Below are positions 8,354 to 16,554 of a stretch of DNA of 64,000 nucleotides, piece after piece. The stretch comes from a virus, in the IMG/VR virus record IMGVR_UViG_3300044675_001825, positions 13,457 to 77,456 of that record, one strand, 5' to 3'. The stretch's first letter is position 1. Every line of letters starts with the position of its first letter. Under the pieces are notes generated by a model that was not told the DNA's origin, searched no databases, and saw only the letters and a program-made list of their open reading frames with translations. Made by a program: the position numbers and the translations under genes.

Positions 8354-9669
8354 TAGATAAATGAAGCAATAGTTAAGTTCTTAGTAAACTTGTCTACAGA
8401 AGATGTAGCTGCTTTTACAAGCTGTGCATGTACATTAGCAACATCATCACCCACTGTCAAGCCTTTGATGTCTTTCAATTGCATGCTAAGACTGTTAAGA
8501 GCTTCTTTGTAAGTCTTCTCATCTTCTCTTGATCCTAATGGAAGAGTGTTCAATGTCTCAATCATATGTGTAATACCTGAAGACAACTCTCTAAACTTCA
8601 TTGTAGCCTCAAACTTCTTAATTGCTTCAGCAATAAGAGATGGTTTCTTAGCAAACTCAGCAATAAATGCTAATGATTCTGGACCACACTGATCATACAC
8701 TTGATATGCTGTAACAGCAACACGAGGACTAATGGTAATACTATTCTTAGCATACTCTTGTAACAAATAAGGAATAACAGGATCAACTTCTCCTTCACCA
8801 AATTTACTCTCCAATAACTTGTTATAGCTGATCTCTGTGTAGTTATCCCAGATAACATTCAATTCAAGAGGAAAACGCTCCATCAATGCCTTCAATGACA
8901 TGTTCTTAGAGAATTCATCACGAGTTCTGTTAGTACAACAGATGATGAACTTGGTGTTGATAGGAAATATCTGTGTACCATTTCTAAATACACCACTAGA
9001 TAGAATATCCTTCAATTGCTCTAGGATAAAATCAGGAGCATCGAATAACTCTTCGAAGATAACATACTCGTGGTTCATAAATGAATTCTCAACAAGATAT
9101 TCAATCTTACCTGTTGTTTCGAATGTAGGAATGTCAAGACCACCAAACAATCTGTCTGTAGTCATACCTGTACCCATGGTTTGTATGAATGGATCAATAC
9201 CTTTTGATTTAAGAAAATCTAATGTAATCTCTGACTTGCCATGTCCCCCAGGTCCGAAAAGTACTACATTTTTACCTGTAGAATATCCTACGTTTAGAAT
9301 GTTAACTGTCTTATCCATGAATACAAACTTGTCTCCCACTGGATTTTTCTTTACTGATTTAGTTTTTGTCTTCATCTTTTCTTTTGTTATTAAGGAATTA
9401 TTGTTTTTTACTTGGTTTAAAATTTCTTTTGTTTCTTCTTCTGATAGCTCTATTGAGTTTAAAATGCATTGATTAGCTCTGAATGTCCAATCATCATGAT
9501 TGAAATCATGTCCTGCTTCAATTTGTTTAATGAATTTGTCAGGAATGTCTTGTCCCATAAAATGATTCATGTCACCCTCTTCATTCCAGAAGTAAGGACA
9601 GTCATAATCTTCATTCCAAAGATCAACATCTTCAAACTCTTCTTGTGTCTTAAATCTATATTTTGTCAT
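8353..9669 (-). CDS. MoxR/RavA-like AAA+ ATPase with extra N-terminal domain
   Basis: Walker A GPGGHGKS, Walker B VIFEE, sensor-1 CCTN, Arg finger ALMERF, ISPR; coupled to the VWA gene. Confidence 0.88.
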   Translation of the reverse strand: MTKYRFKTQEEFEDVDLWNEDYDCPYFWNEEGDMNHFMGQDIPDKFIKQIEAGHDFNHDDWTFRANQCILNSIELSEEETKEILNQVKNNNSLITKEKMKTKTKSVKKNPVGDKFVFMDKTVNILNVGYSTGKNVVLFGPGGHGKSEITLDFLKSKGIDPFIQTMGTGMTTDRLFGGLDIPTFETTGKIEYLVENSFMNHEYVIFEELFDAPDFILEQLKDILSSGVFRNGTQIFPINTKFIICCTNRTRDEFSKNMSLKALMERFPLELNVIWDNYTEISYNKLLESKFGEGEVDPVIPYLLQEYAKNSITISPRVAVTAYQVYDQCGPESLAFIAEFAKKPSLIAEAIKKFEATMKFRELSSGITHMIETLNTLPLGSREDEKTYKEALNSLSMQLKDIKGLTVGDDVANVHAQLVKAATSSVDKFTKNLTIASFI

Positions 9670-9677
9670 AGCTTTGA

Positions 9678-9707
9678 TATAAAGAGAGAGCCATTACAGC
9701 TCTCTCA
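9678..9707 (-). terminator. Hairpin / probable terminator
   Basis: GAGAGAGC-TGTAATG-GCTCTCTC followed by a short T-run. Confidence 0.5.
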
Positions 9708-9716
9708 ATTAAACAT

Positions 9717-10208
9717 TTAATCATCATCTCCATCACCATTAGGATCTATACCAAACTTACCCTTGATAAGACCATCAAGAAACTTCTTAATTTCAGGTGG
9801 AAGAGAATTAGCATCAATAGCATCATCCATACTGTTTCCTGATTCCATGTTAGTGAGAAACTCTCTAACATTTGGTGGAAGATCATCAGCAGCATCTAAT
9901 GCTATCTTTCTAATACCATCTTTAAGACCATCTATTTTCTTCTCTAACTTCTTAGCAAATCCATCTAACTTATCTTGTAGAAAGAACGATGCTATAATTA
10001 CTAATTGAGAATAGCTAAACTCATTAAGAGCTGCTTCTACTAACATACTTGGTGATAGATCATCTTTAAGATCTTTGTTTTCATCAAAGAGATGATTCTT
10101 TAATAGGTTAGCAATTTGTTGTTGAAGATCATCCATATAGGATTCTTCGATACCAATAGCTTTGTTAAGCTTTCTTTGACCATGGTCAAATGTAAAAATA
10201 CTGTTCAT
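9717..10208 (-). CDS. Hypothetical protein
   Basis: Start reassigned to MNSIFTF at 10208, directly after CCTTAATAACA; this removes overlap with the upstream gene. Confidence 0.75.
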   Translation of the reverse strand: MNSIFTFDHGQRKLNKAIGIEESYMDDLQQQIANLLKNHLFDENKDLKDDLSPSMLVEAALNEFSYSQLVIIASFFLQDKLDGFAKKLEKKIDGLKDGIRKIALDAADDLPPNVREFLTNMESGNSMDDAIDANSLPPEIKKFLDGLIKGKFGIDPNGDGDDD

Positions 10209-10213
10209 TGTTA

Positions 10214-10564
10214 TTAAGGATTTAAATTGTTTTTTACTATTTCTATTAATTTCTTTAAACATTCAAGTTCTGCTTCTTCATATGAACCTGATCCAACGGT
10301 AATCCATGCTGCACCTGTCCAATAAAATCCAAAATACAAACCTTCAGATTCTTTTTGAACTTTAACATCATAACCTTTCTCCCTAAACCATCTAAATGCT
10401 TGTTGGTATAGTGGTGCTAAAACTTGTTCTTTTGCTCTCAATAATCCATAATGATGTAAAAAAACTGTTTTACTAGGAGGAGCATATAAACCAAAACACA
10501 TCTCATCAAATCCTAATTCTTTTAAAGCTAATGCTTGTTCGTAGGGTATAAATTCTTTTTCCAT
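10214..10564 (-). CDS. Hypothetical protein, paralog of 5187..5633
   Basis: MEKEFIPYEQALALKELGFDEMC...APLYQQAFRWF...CLKKLIEIVK. Confidence 0.85.
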   Translation of the reverse strand: MEKEFIPYEQALALKELGFDEMCFGLYAPPSKTVFLHHYGLLRAKEQVLAPLYQQAFRWFREKGYDVKVQKESEGLYFGFYWTGAAWITVGSGSYEEAELECLKKLIEIVKNNLNP

Positions 10565-10583
10565 ATTATTTAACTTAAATTGT

Positions 10584-10739
10584 TTATTGTTCTATTGATG
10601 ATCTAACATCAATTGTTGTCTCTTTTACAATCCCATGTCTGAAATTGTATAACACCTCAACCACTAACCTCTTAGAAACTATTTTTCTAAGAGGATTAGT
10701 TGAGCCCACTAATGTGCCTTTATATATCCTACGTCTCAT
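10584..10739 (-). CDS. Small basic hypothetical protein (51 aa)
   Basis: MRRRIYKGT start overlaps the upstream stop (ATGA). Confidence 0.5.
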   Translation of the reverse strand: MRRRIYKGTLVGSTNPLRKIVSKRLVVEVLYNFRHGIVKETTIDVRSSIEQ

Positions 10740-10978
10740 AATATATATGATAATAATGATCCTATTGATATTGCACCAAGACATACAAATAACCAAAACA
10801 TTAATCTATGTAATCTACTAACCTCTTTTTTATAAAGAGCTGTTTCTTGTTCACATAACTCAATTAATCTATTCTTCATAGATATGATTTCATTAGCACA
10901 TTCTAATGCTTCTTGATAACTACGAGAAAGCTCTATAAGCTTCTCAATTGTCTCTTCGATGTGTGGATGTTTACTCAT
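10736..10978 (-). CDS. Coiled-coil protein with C-terminal TM anchor (80 aa)
   Basis: Start at MSKHPH; heptad region then LMFWLFVCLGAISIGSLLSYIL. Confidence 0.65.
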   Translation of the reverse strand: MSKHPHIEETIEKLIELSRSYQEALECANEIISMKNRLIELCEQETALYKKEVSRLHRLMFWLFVCLGAISIGSLLSYIL

Positions 10979-11147
10979 TGTCTTTAGTTTTTTCAGATAT
11001 AGACATACCAATAAATATTGGACAAAAGAATGGACTAAGTGCATAAATAAACCAAGCACTTGCTGGAATACTATCTTCTTTACCATATGCTTCAAGCATC
11101 ATTCCTAACATTACCATGTAGGAGATGAAAATGTATAACAAAATCAT
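10971..11147 (-). CDS. 58-aa two-TM membrane protein
   Basis: Not in ORF track: MILLYIFISYMVMLGMMLEAYGKEDSIPASAWFIYALSPFFCPIFIGMSISEKTKDNE; overlaps both neighbours. Confidence 0.6.
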   Translation of the reverse strand: MILLYIFISYMVMLGMMLEAYGKEDSIPASAWFIYALSPFFCPIFIGMSISEKTKDNE

Positions 11148-11335
11148 AGTCCTATAAGATTATCAAAAGAGCTCTCTAACAATTCCATTAGAGAGTTTCT
11201 TTCTGTTATTAATGAATCGATTTGATCTTCTATACAATGTGTATTCACATCATCATAAGAATCTTTAAGACTGTCCAAAGAATGTATTTCATTCTTTAAG
11301 TCTTGAATACGTTGTTCTATTTGTTCTATTCTCAT
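11144..11335 (-). CDS. Coiled-coil hypothetical protein
   Basis: 63 aa with heptad pattern. Confidence 0.7.
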   Translation of the reverse strand: MRIEQIEQRIQDLKNEIHSLDSLKDSYDDVNTHCIEDQIDSLITERNSLMELLESSFDNLIGL

Positions 11336-11338
11336 GAT

Positions 11339-11461
11339 TTATACACATCTATGATTAGACCAATATCTTTTTGTTCGTGTACATTTAGATGCACAACTCT
11401 CAGTCAATAAGACCAAGACCAATAATGCTACAATAGCATAGGAAGTTTTAAAATGTTTCAT
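11339..11461 (-). CDS. 40-aa putative lipoprotein
   Basis: Not in ORF track: MKHFKTSYAIVALLVLVLLTESCASKCTRTKRYWSNHRCV; preceded by CCTTAATAACAA. Confidence 0.6.
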   Translation of the reverse strand: MKHFKTSYAIVALLVLVLLTESCASKCTRTKRYWSNHRCV

Positions 11462-11486
11462 ATTGTTTGTTATTAAGGGTTTATTT

Positions 11487-11507
11487 AAAAGGGCCCAAGA
11501 AGAGCCC
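11487..11507 (-). terminator. Intrinsic terminator
   Basis: GGGCTC-TTCTT-GGGCCC-TTTT on the minus strand, after 11512..11691. Confidence 0.55.
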
Positions 11508-11511
11508 ATTA

Positions 11512-11691
11512 TTATTCTGCTAATGAATACATCTCTCTTTCTATAAACTCACATTTCTTAATGAGAGAAGAAGCTAATAGTTTAATAGAATCTATATTAG
11601 ATATAATATCTTCTACTCCTTGTGTATCTAATTCTAATAGTCTAACTATATAATGTATTTCTTTTGCTTGTACTTTAGTGTTTGCATTCAT
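11512..11691 (-). CDS. 59-aa hypothetical protein
   Basis: Not in ORF track: MNANTKVQAKEIHYIVRLLELDTQGVEDII...EREMYSLAE; followed by a terminator. Confidence 0.55.
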   Translation of the reverse strand: MNANTKVQAKEIHYIVRLLELDTQGVEDIISNIDSIKLLASSLIKKCEFIEREMYSLAE

Positions 11692-12024
11692 AATGCTATA
11701 TATATTTCGTTATTATACGTTGTTTGTTGTTTGTCAAGTTGACCTATTTATTACGTGATGGTCCTCACGTTCATATCTTTACACTCACAAAAAGTTTTTT
11801 TCTCCCTCGTAAAAAGTTTTATATACACCAACCTGATATTTTTGCACTCCACATGGTATGGACTAACTACTTATTGCTAAGCACTGCATATTTCCTGGTT
11901 ATATAAACTTTTCCACTAGGAAGAATTAAACTTTTATACCTATATATATATAAAGTTTGGAGATGTTTAGGATTTTTTCACCCACCCAGACATCTCCACC
12001 CTTGATATATAAGAAAAAACAGGG

Positions 12025-12378
12025 CTATTCTAGCCCTGCAAATTCTGTTGGATTACTGATCACTTCAGGTTGGAAGTTCTCAATAGTCATTGCTTCCAAT
12101 GTCAATTGATTTCTTCTAACACCAATCAGTTTCTTAAATGTTAAGTAACCTACCATAGCAAGTTTACCTTCATCATTAGGTTCAATCTTAACACTTTCAA
12201 CGCCACCTGCTTCTAATGTTTCATAAAAGGTGTCATCGTTGCTGATAAATACTTTACCTTCGAAAATAAATCTACGATAAAATTGTCCTGCCATTTTTGT
12301 GTCTGCTTTGTAAGGAAATAATTTCCCATCACATTGAATCTCTGCTACTTCGTTAGCGTTTAATTTTTGAATTGCCAT
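12025..12378 (-). CDS. Hypothetical protein, first gene of the minus-strand block
   Basis: 117-aa ORF with A-rich leader. Confidence 0.8.
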   Translation of the reverse strand: MAIQKLNANEVAEIQCDGKLFPYKADTKMAGQFYRRFIFEGKVFISNDDTFYETLEAGGVESVKIEPNDEGKLAMVGYLTFKKLIGVRRNQLTLEAMTIENFQPEVISNPTEFAGLE

Positions 12379-12513
12379 TTTGTTCTGTTTTAATGGATTA
12401 ATGGGGGAGCACCCTGCTCACCCAAACGTAGGTGGGGTAGCGAGTTGGAAGTACTCTCAAACCCTACATACATGGGGGGTCTTACTATTTGGAAAAAAAT
12501 TTTGGGAAAAAAA

Positions 12514-12546
12514 TTTGGAGCACACCAGTTTTTGTTTATACATTTG
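12514..12546 (+). promoter_or_regulatory. Bacteroidota primary-sigma promoter
   Basis: TTTG (12514) - N21 - TACATTTG (12539), matching TTTG/TAnnTTTG. Confidence 0.55.
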
Positions 12547-12646
12547 GTGGGTGGGTGGGTTTGTCTGTATAAGAACAGATGTTGTCTTTATAGGTCTAAA
12601 AAAAGTTCATAATATAGCATAGGAATAAAATATTTGTCTCTTATGT

Positions 12647-12677
12647 GTTGATTATGTTTTTTTATTATATATCTTTG
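12647..12677 (+). promoter_or_regulatory. Bacteroidota primary-sigma promoter for the packaging/virion operon
   Basis: GTTG - N19 - TATCTTTG, 19 nt before ATG 12697. Confidence 0.7.
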
Positions 12678-12696
12678 TCAGTATTAAAACTAAATT

Positions 12697-13086
12697 ATGA
12701 TCGTACAGAGTCTTAAGAAGGTTGTCGATACAGACATGCAATTAGCTGAGAAGTACTATAGTATATTGTTCACGATAAACAATCTTCATCTCACAGAGAG
12801 AGAAATACAGCTCATAGCTTTTACAGCTATTAAGGGTAACATTACATATGCTAATGTAAGGGAGGAGTTCTGCAAAACCTACAACAGTACATCACCCACA
12901 ATCAACAACATTGTTTCTAAGCTTAAGAGGTTAGGTATATTTATTAAGGAGAATGGTAAGGTGAAGGTAAATCCTAAGATTATCATAGACTTCAAGAAAG
13001 ACTTAATGTTGAATATAAAACTTATACATGAAGAAGCCCCAATCAATGTCAGTGAAAGAGTGGATCATCAAGAAGATGGCAATTAG
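12697..13086 (+). CDS. Winged-helix DNA-binding protein
   Basis: LTEREIQL...TINNIVSKLKRLGIFIKENGKVKVNP fits a wHTH pattern. Confidence 0.7.
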   Translation: MIVQSLKKVVDTDMQLAEKYYSILFTINNLHLTEREIQLIAFTAIKGNITYANVREEFCKTYNSTSPTINNIVSKLKRLGIFIKENGKVKVNPKIIIDFKKDLMLNIKLIHEEAPINVSERVDHQEDGN

Positions 13087-13390
13087 TATGGTGGTGCCAG
13101 AAAAAACTATCGATGCTGTTGTGACACATCAGTTTGATTCTGCTAATGATGCTCTCAATATAAACAAGAGTGTAGAAATATCTGGGTTTGGGAAGTTTCA
13201 TTTCAACCAGAAGAAAGCTCAAGGACAATATGACAAACTCAATAAGATAAAACAGGCATATGAAAGGATGCTGTTAGACGAGAACATTACAGAGACAAAG
13301 AAAAACGCTGTAGAGCTTAAACTACAAATCATCGAATCCAGTATTAAAACATTAAAACCAAAAATAAATGAGTCTGGGACAAATATTTGA
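13028..13390 (+). CDS. HU/IHF-like DNA-binding protein
   Basis: ALNINKSVEISGFGKFHF HU/IHF signature; typical crAss-like position. Confidence 0.75.
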   Translation: MKKPQSMSVKEWIIKKMAISMVVPEKTIDAVVTHQFDSANDALNINKSVEISGFGKFHFNQKKAQGQYDKLNKIKQAYERMLLDENITETKKNAVELKLQIIESSIKTLKPKINESGTNI

Positions 13391-13637
13391 GGGATGGAAG
13401 AATCACCTTCTTCCTCAAGAGAGAGAAAAAGCTTTTATTCAACATGTAAGCAATGAAAGACTTGCTATATGTGAAGCATGTGACAAGCATTCTAAAAATC
13501 ACACATCAGTAAGACCAGATGCACATTGCACAGAGTGTGGATGTACATTATCTGCTAAGACTAAATGTTTAACATGTGAATGTCCATTAAAGAAATGGGT
13601 AGCACAACCAATGCCAGAAGATAATGAATCTACGTAA
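13368..13637 (+). CDS. Cys-rich Zn-binding protein
   Basis: RLAICEAC...CTECGC..AKT...CPLKKW. Confidence 0.75.
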   Translation: MSLGQIFEGWKNHLLPQEREKAFIQHVSNERLAICEACDKHSKNHTSVRPDAHCTECGCTLSAKTKCLTCECPLKKWVAQPMPEDNEST

Positions 13638-13899
13638 AATACCATTAGGACCATTCATAGAAATCCTTACAGACCTGTTTGAAAATGGGGCTGATTTCAT
13701 TGATTTATCAGGTAATGAGGACAATGGAACAGAAGCACCAAGAGACACTCTTAAGATTACTGTGAAGCCTGAGTATTTATCTCCTGATATTGAGGAGGAA
13801 GAGGAAGTAATAGATCATGGAATGGATTTTCTAATAGACAATACAAGTGATTTACCACCTTCTCCTCTTTCTAAAGATGACATTGAAGATTTAATATAA
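13624..13899 (+). CDS. Acidic hypothetical protein
   Basis: Packed ORF. Confidence 0.7.
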   Translation: MNLRKIPLGPFIEILTDLFENGADFIDLSGNEDNGTEAPRDTLKITVKPEYLSPDIEEEEEVIDHGMDFLIDNTSDLPPSPLSKDDIEDLI

Positions 13900-13905
13900 T
13901 ACAGC

Positions 13906-14184
13906 ATGAGCAGACAGCCAAATTATTATCGACAAATCCTACATGTGTTAGAGAGTCTACGCAAGGCCCATCCAACATATAATATAGGAAGACATATTTC
14001 TACAGCATTGGATGGATATGACGATATATGGGGTGTCACAGATAAGGAGTTTCTTTTTGCTTTAGAGAAATATGAACTAGAATTAAACATGGATGTAGAT
14101 CATATTGATCAGGAGGAGATAGAAGAGATAATAAAAGATGGCATGAATTTGGAGAGAACATTGTTCGAAGAAGAGGAGGAATAA
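13906..14184 (+). CDS. Acidic hypothetical protein
   Basis: Packed ORF. Confidence 0.7.
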   Translation: MSRQPNYYRQILHVLESLRKAHPTYNIGRHISTALDGYDDIWGVTDKEFLFALEKYELELNMDVDHIDQEEIEEIIKDGMNLERTLFEEEEE

Positions 14185-14199
14185 ATTAATAACTACATA

Positions 14200-14532
14200 A
14201 TGGCAGTAAAAAAGAACACATACATCAATACAGAACTTGATTGGGCAGAACAGCAACTATCAAGTTGGAAAGAATATGTTGATGCTAATCCTTTACATAC
14301 ATTAGAGGATAGAATCAAGTGGAAAGAAACCAAAGCTGGTGGTGCTATGCCTATGGTGATTGCAAGCATTGAAGCTCAGGGTAAGTTTGTCCAAGAGACA
14401 ATGAAAAACTACCTAGCTTTATTAGAGCAAGTGGATAAGTTACGTGAGAAAGAAGAAGCTAAGAAGGTGGAAACACGTGGTGGTCAAGAACTTGGTTCTA
14501 TGGCAGAAGAATTCTTAAAAGGTAGAGGATAG
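14200..14532 (+). CDS. Hypothetical protein, candidate terminase small subunit
   Basis: Helical protein coupled to terL, ends ETRGG...; role inferred from position only. Confidence 0.5.
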   Translation: MAVKKNTYINTELDWAEQQLSSWKEYVDANPLHTLEDRIKWKETKAGGAMPMVIASIEAQGKFVQETMKNYLALLEQVDKLREKEEAKKVETRGGQELGSMAEEFLKGRG

Positions 14533-16553
14533 TGAACTTACATAATATAGAGTATAAGGATTGGTTTATCAATCAAAGACGTATTCCAGATGAAACATCT
14601 AGTGAATACAAAGCATTCTTCAATTTCCATAAGGAACTTTGTATGAATGGCTGTATGATGGATGGACAATACATCAATCCATTTCTATATTGGCATTTAA
14701 ACATATGGCATACAGAGGTGGACACCATAGATGAATATGGACGTATCAACCAGAAGTATGCTAACCCACTGCTCAGAGATAATGAGTGGTTAGTAACAAA
14801 TGAAATAGACAGAGCTCATAAAGAGAAGAAAGGCCTAGTTATACTAGGTATTCGTCGTTTTGCTAAGTCTGTTATTGAAGCATCTTACATAGGACAAGGA
14901 GCTACGTTTGATGAGAACAGTCAGAACATTATTGCAGGACTGAATGCTCCTGATATTAAGCTGATTACAGATAAGATTGACAAAGGACTTAACTTCCTAC
15001 CTAAAGCTTGGAGATGGCAGAGGGTAGAGGATAACTGGAAGAACCAAGTTACCCTAGGGATTAAGACCAAGGCAGGAGAGAGAATACCCTTCTCTCAGAT
15101 TCTTATAAGAAACTTAGATGGTGGTAACAATGAAGAGGCTATTGCAGGTACTAAACCTCGTAGACTAATCATTGATGAGATTGGAAAAGGGTCTTTTCTA
15201 CGTGGTCTTCAAGCTGCTATACCAGGTTTTACAACACCATTTGGTTGGGGATGTTCGCCCATACTTACAGGTACAGGTGGAGACATGAAGATGTTCATGG
15301 ACGCAAAGAGCTTAATGTTCGATGTAGAAAACTTCAACTTTCTAGAATACAACAATGCAAAGGATGATAAGAGAGTGCATGGCTTATTCATCTCACATAA
15401 ATATAGAATGGAAGCCAAAGAGGAAAGTTCTCTTGGTGCTTTCTTAGAAAAACCAGAAGGATCTTCTCTATATCAAGTGAAGATGATGGTCAGTAATGAA
15501 GAGAAAGCTACAGAGATAACCAATGGTAATCTAGAAAAGCTTAAGAAAGCTGGTGATAGAATGGCCTATCTGAAAGAGAAGATGTACTACCCACAAGAAG
15601 TGGATGACATATTCTTAAATGAAGATACTAATATATTTGATATTGAATCAGCTAAACGTCAGAAAGCCAGACTGTTAATGCAAGAAAGAACAGGAACGCC
15701 TGTTATTCTATATGATGATGGCGATGGAGTGAAACATCAATTCACTGATAAGCTTCCTATATCAAACTTCCCTCTGAAGAATAGTGATCAAAAAGATGCT
15801 CCTGTAGTGATATACGAGTTTCCAATTGAATCTCCTCCATATGGACTTTATGTTGCAGGAATTGACCCTTATAGACAAGGAAAGTCTGCCTACTCAAGCT
15901 CATTAGGATCTGTGTACATATATAAACGTATGCATGCTATTGCAGGAGAGAAATACCAAGATATGTTTGTGGCCAGCTATTGTGCTAGACCAGACAAGAA
16001 AGAAACATGGGAAGAGCAAGCTCGCTACCTCATCAAGTATTATAATGCTAGAGCTCTATGTGAGAACGATGAAATCTCTTTCATAGACTACATGATAGCC
16101 AAGGGCGATCAGCATTATTTAGAGAAACAACCTGAGTGGTTAAAGGAAATTGTTCCAAACACCACAGTGAGAAGGGATTATGGAATACATAGGTCTTCTG
16201 ATAAAATACGAGACTTTCTTCATGGATGTCTTAAGAAGTATACAGAGGAAGCTATACACGTAGAGAAAGATGCTGATGGTAACATCACATCAGAGATAAA
16301 GGGTATGTCAAAGATATTTGACCCTGTTTTATTAGAGGAGATGATCCAGTATAATGAACAAGGTAACTTTGATAGAATCATTGCTGCAGAATTAGCTGTG
16401 GCATTAGCTATGAAGCTAGATCCCATTATGGGAAAAATAGGTGGAGAGGAAGATGTAAGAATCAAATCAATGTTCACAAAGAGCAAAAAGAATATGCTTT
16501 TCACAGAGAGCAGAACAATGTTTAACACACCAAAAAGTAAATTGTTTAGATAA
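14532..16553 (+). CDS. terL: Terminase large subunit
   Basis: Walker A-like GIRRFAKS, Walker B LIIDE, TGTGG coupling motif, RNase H-like nuclease AGIDPY and NFDRI; adjacent to portal. Confidence 0.93.
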   Translation: MNLHNIEYKDWFINQRRIPDETSSEYKAFFNFHKELCMNGCMMDGQYINPFLYWHLNIWHTEVDTIDEYGRINQKYANPLLRDNEWLVTNEIDRAHKEKKGLVILGIRRFAKSVIEASYIGQGATFDENSQNIIAGLNAPDIKLITDKIDKGLNFLPKAWRWQRVEDNWKNQVTLGIKTKAGERIPFSQILIRNLDGGNNEEAIAGTKPRRLIIDEIGKGSFLRGLQAAIPGFTTPFGWGCSPILTGTGGDMKMFMDAKSLMFDVENFNFLEYNNAKDDKRVHGLFISHKYRMEAKEESSLGAFLEKPEGSSLYQVKMMVSNEEKATEITNGNLEKLKKAGDRMAYLKEKMYYPQEVDDIFLNEDTNIFDIESAKRQKARLLMQERTGTPVILYDDGDGVKHQFTDKLPISNFPLKNSDQKDAPVVIYEFPIESPPYGLYVAGIDPYRQGKSAYSSSLGSVYIYKRMHAIAGEKYQDMFVASYCARPDKKETWEEQARYLIKYYNARALCENDEISFIDYMIAKGDQHYLEKQPEWLKEIVPNTTVRRDYGIHRSSDKIRDFLHGCLKKYTEEAIHVEKDADGNITSEIKGMSKIFDPVLLEEMIQYNEQGNFDRIIAAELAVALAMKLDPIMGKIGGEEDVRIKSMFTKSKKNMLFTESRTMFNTPKSKLFR

Positions 16554-16554
16554 C

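Noticed and set aside
11724-12622. Plus-strand ORFs 11724..11906 and 12380..12622
   Set aside because: TTG starts, low-complexity translation, and they overlie regulatory-looking DNA
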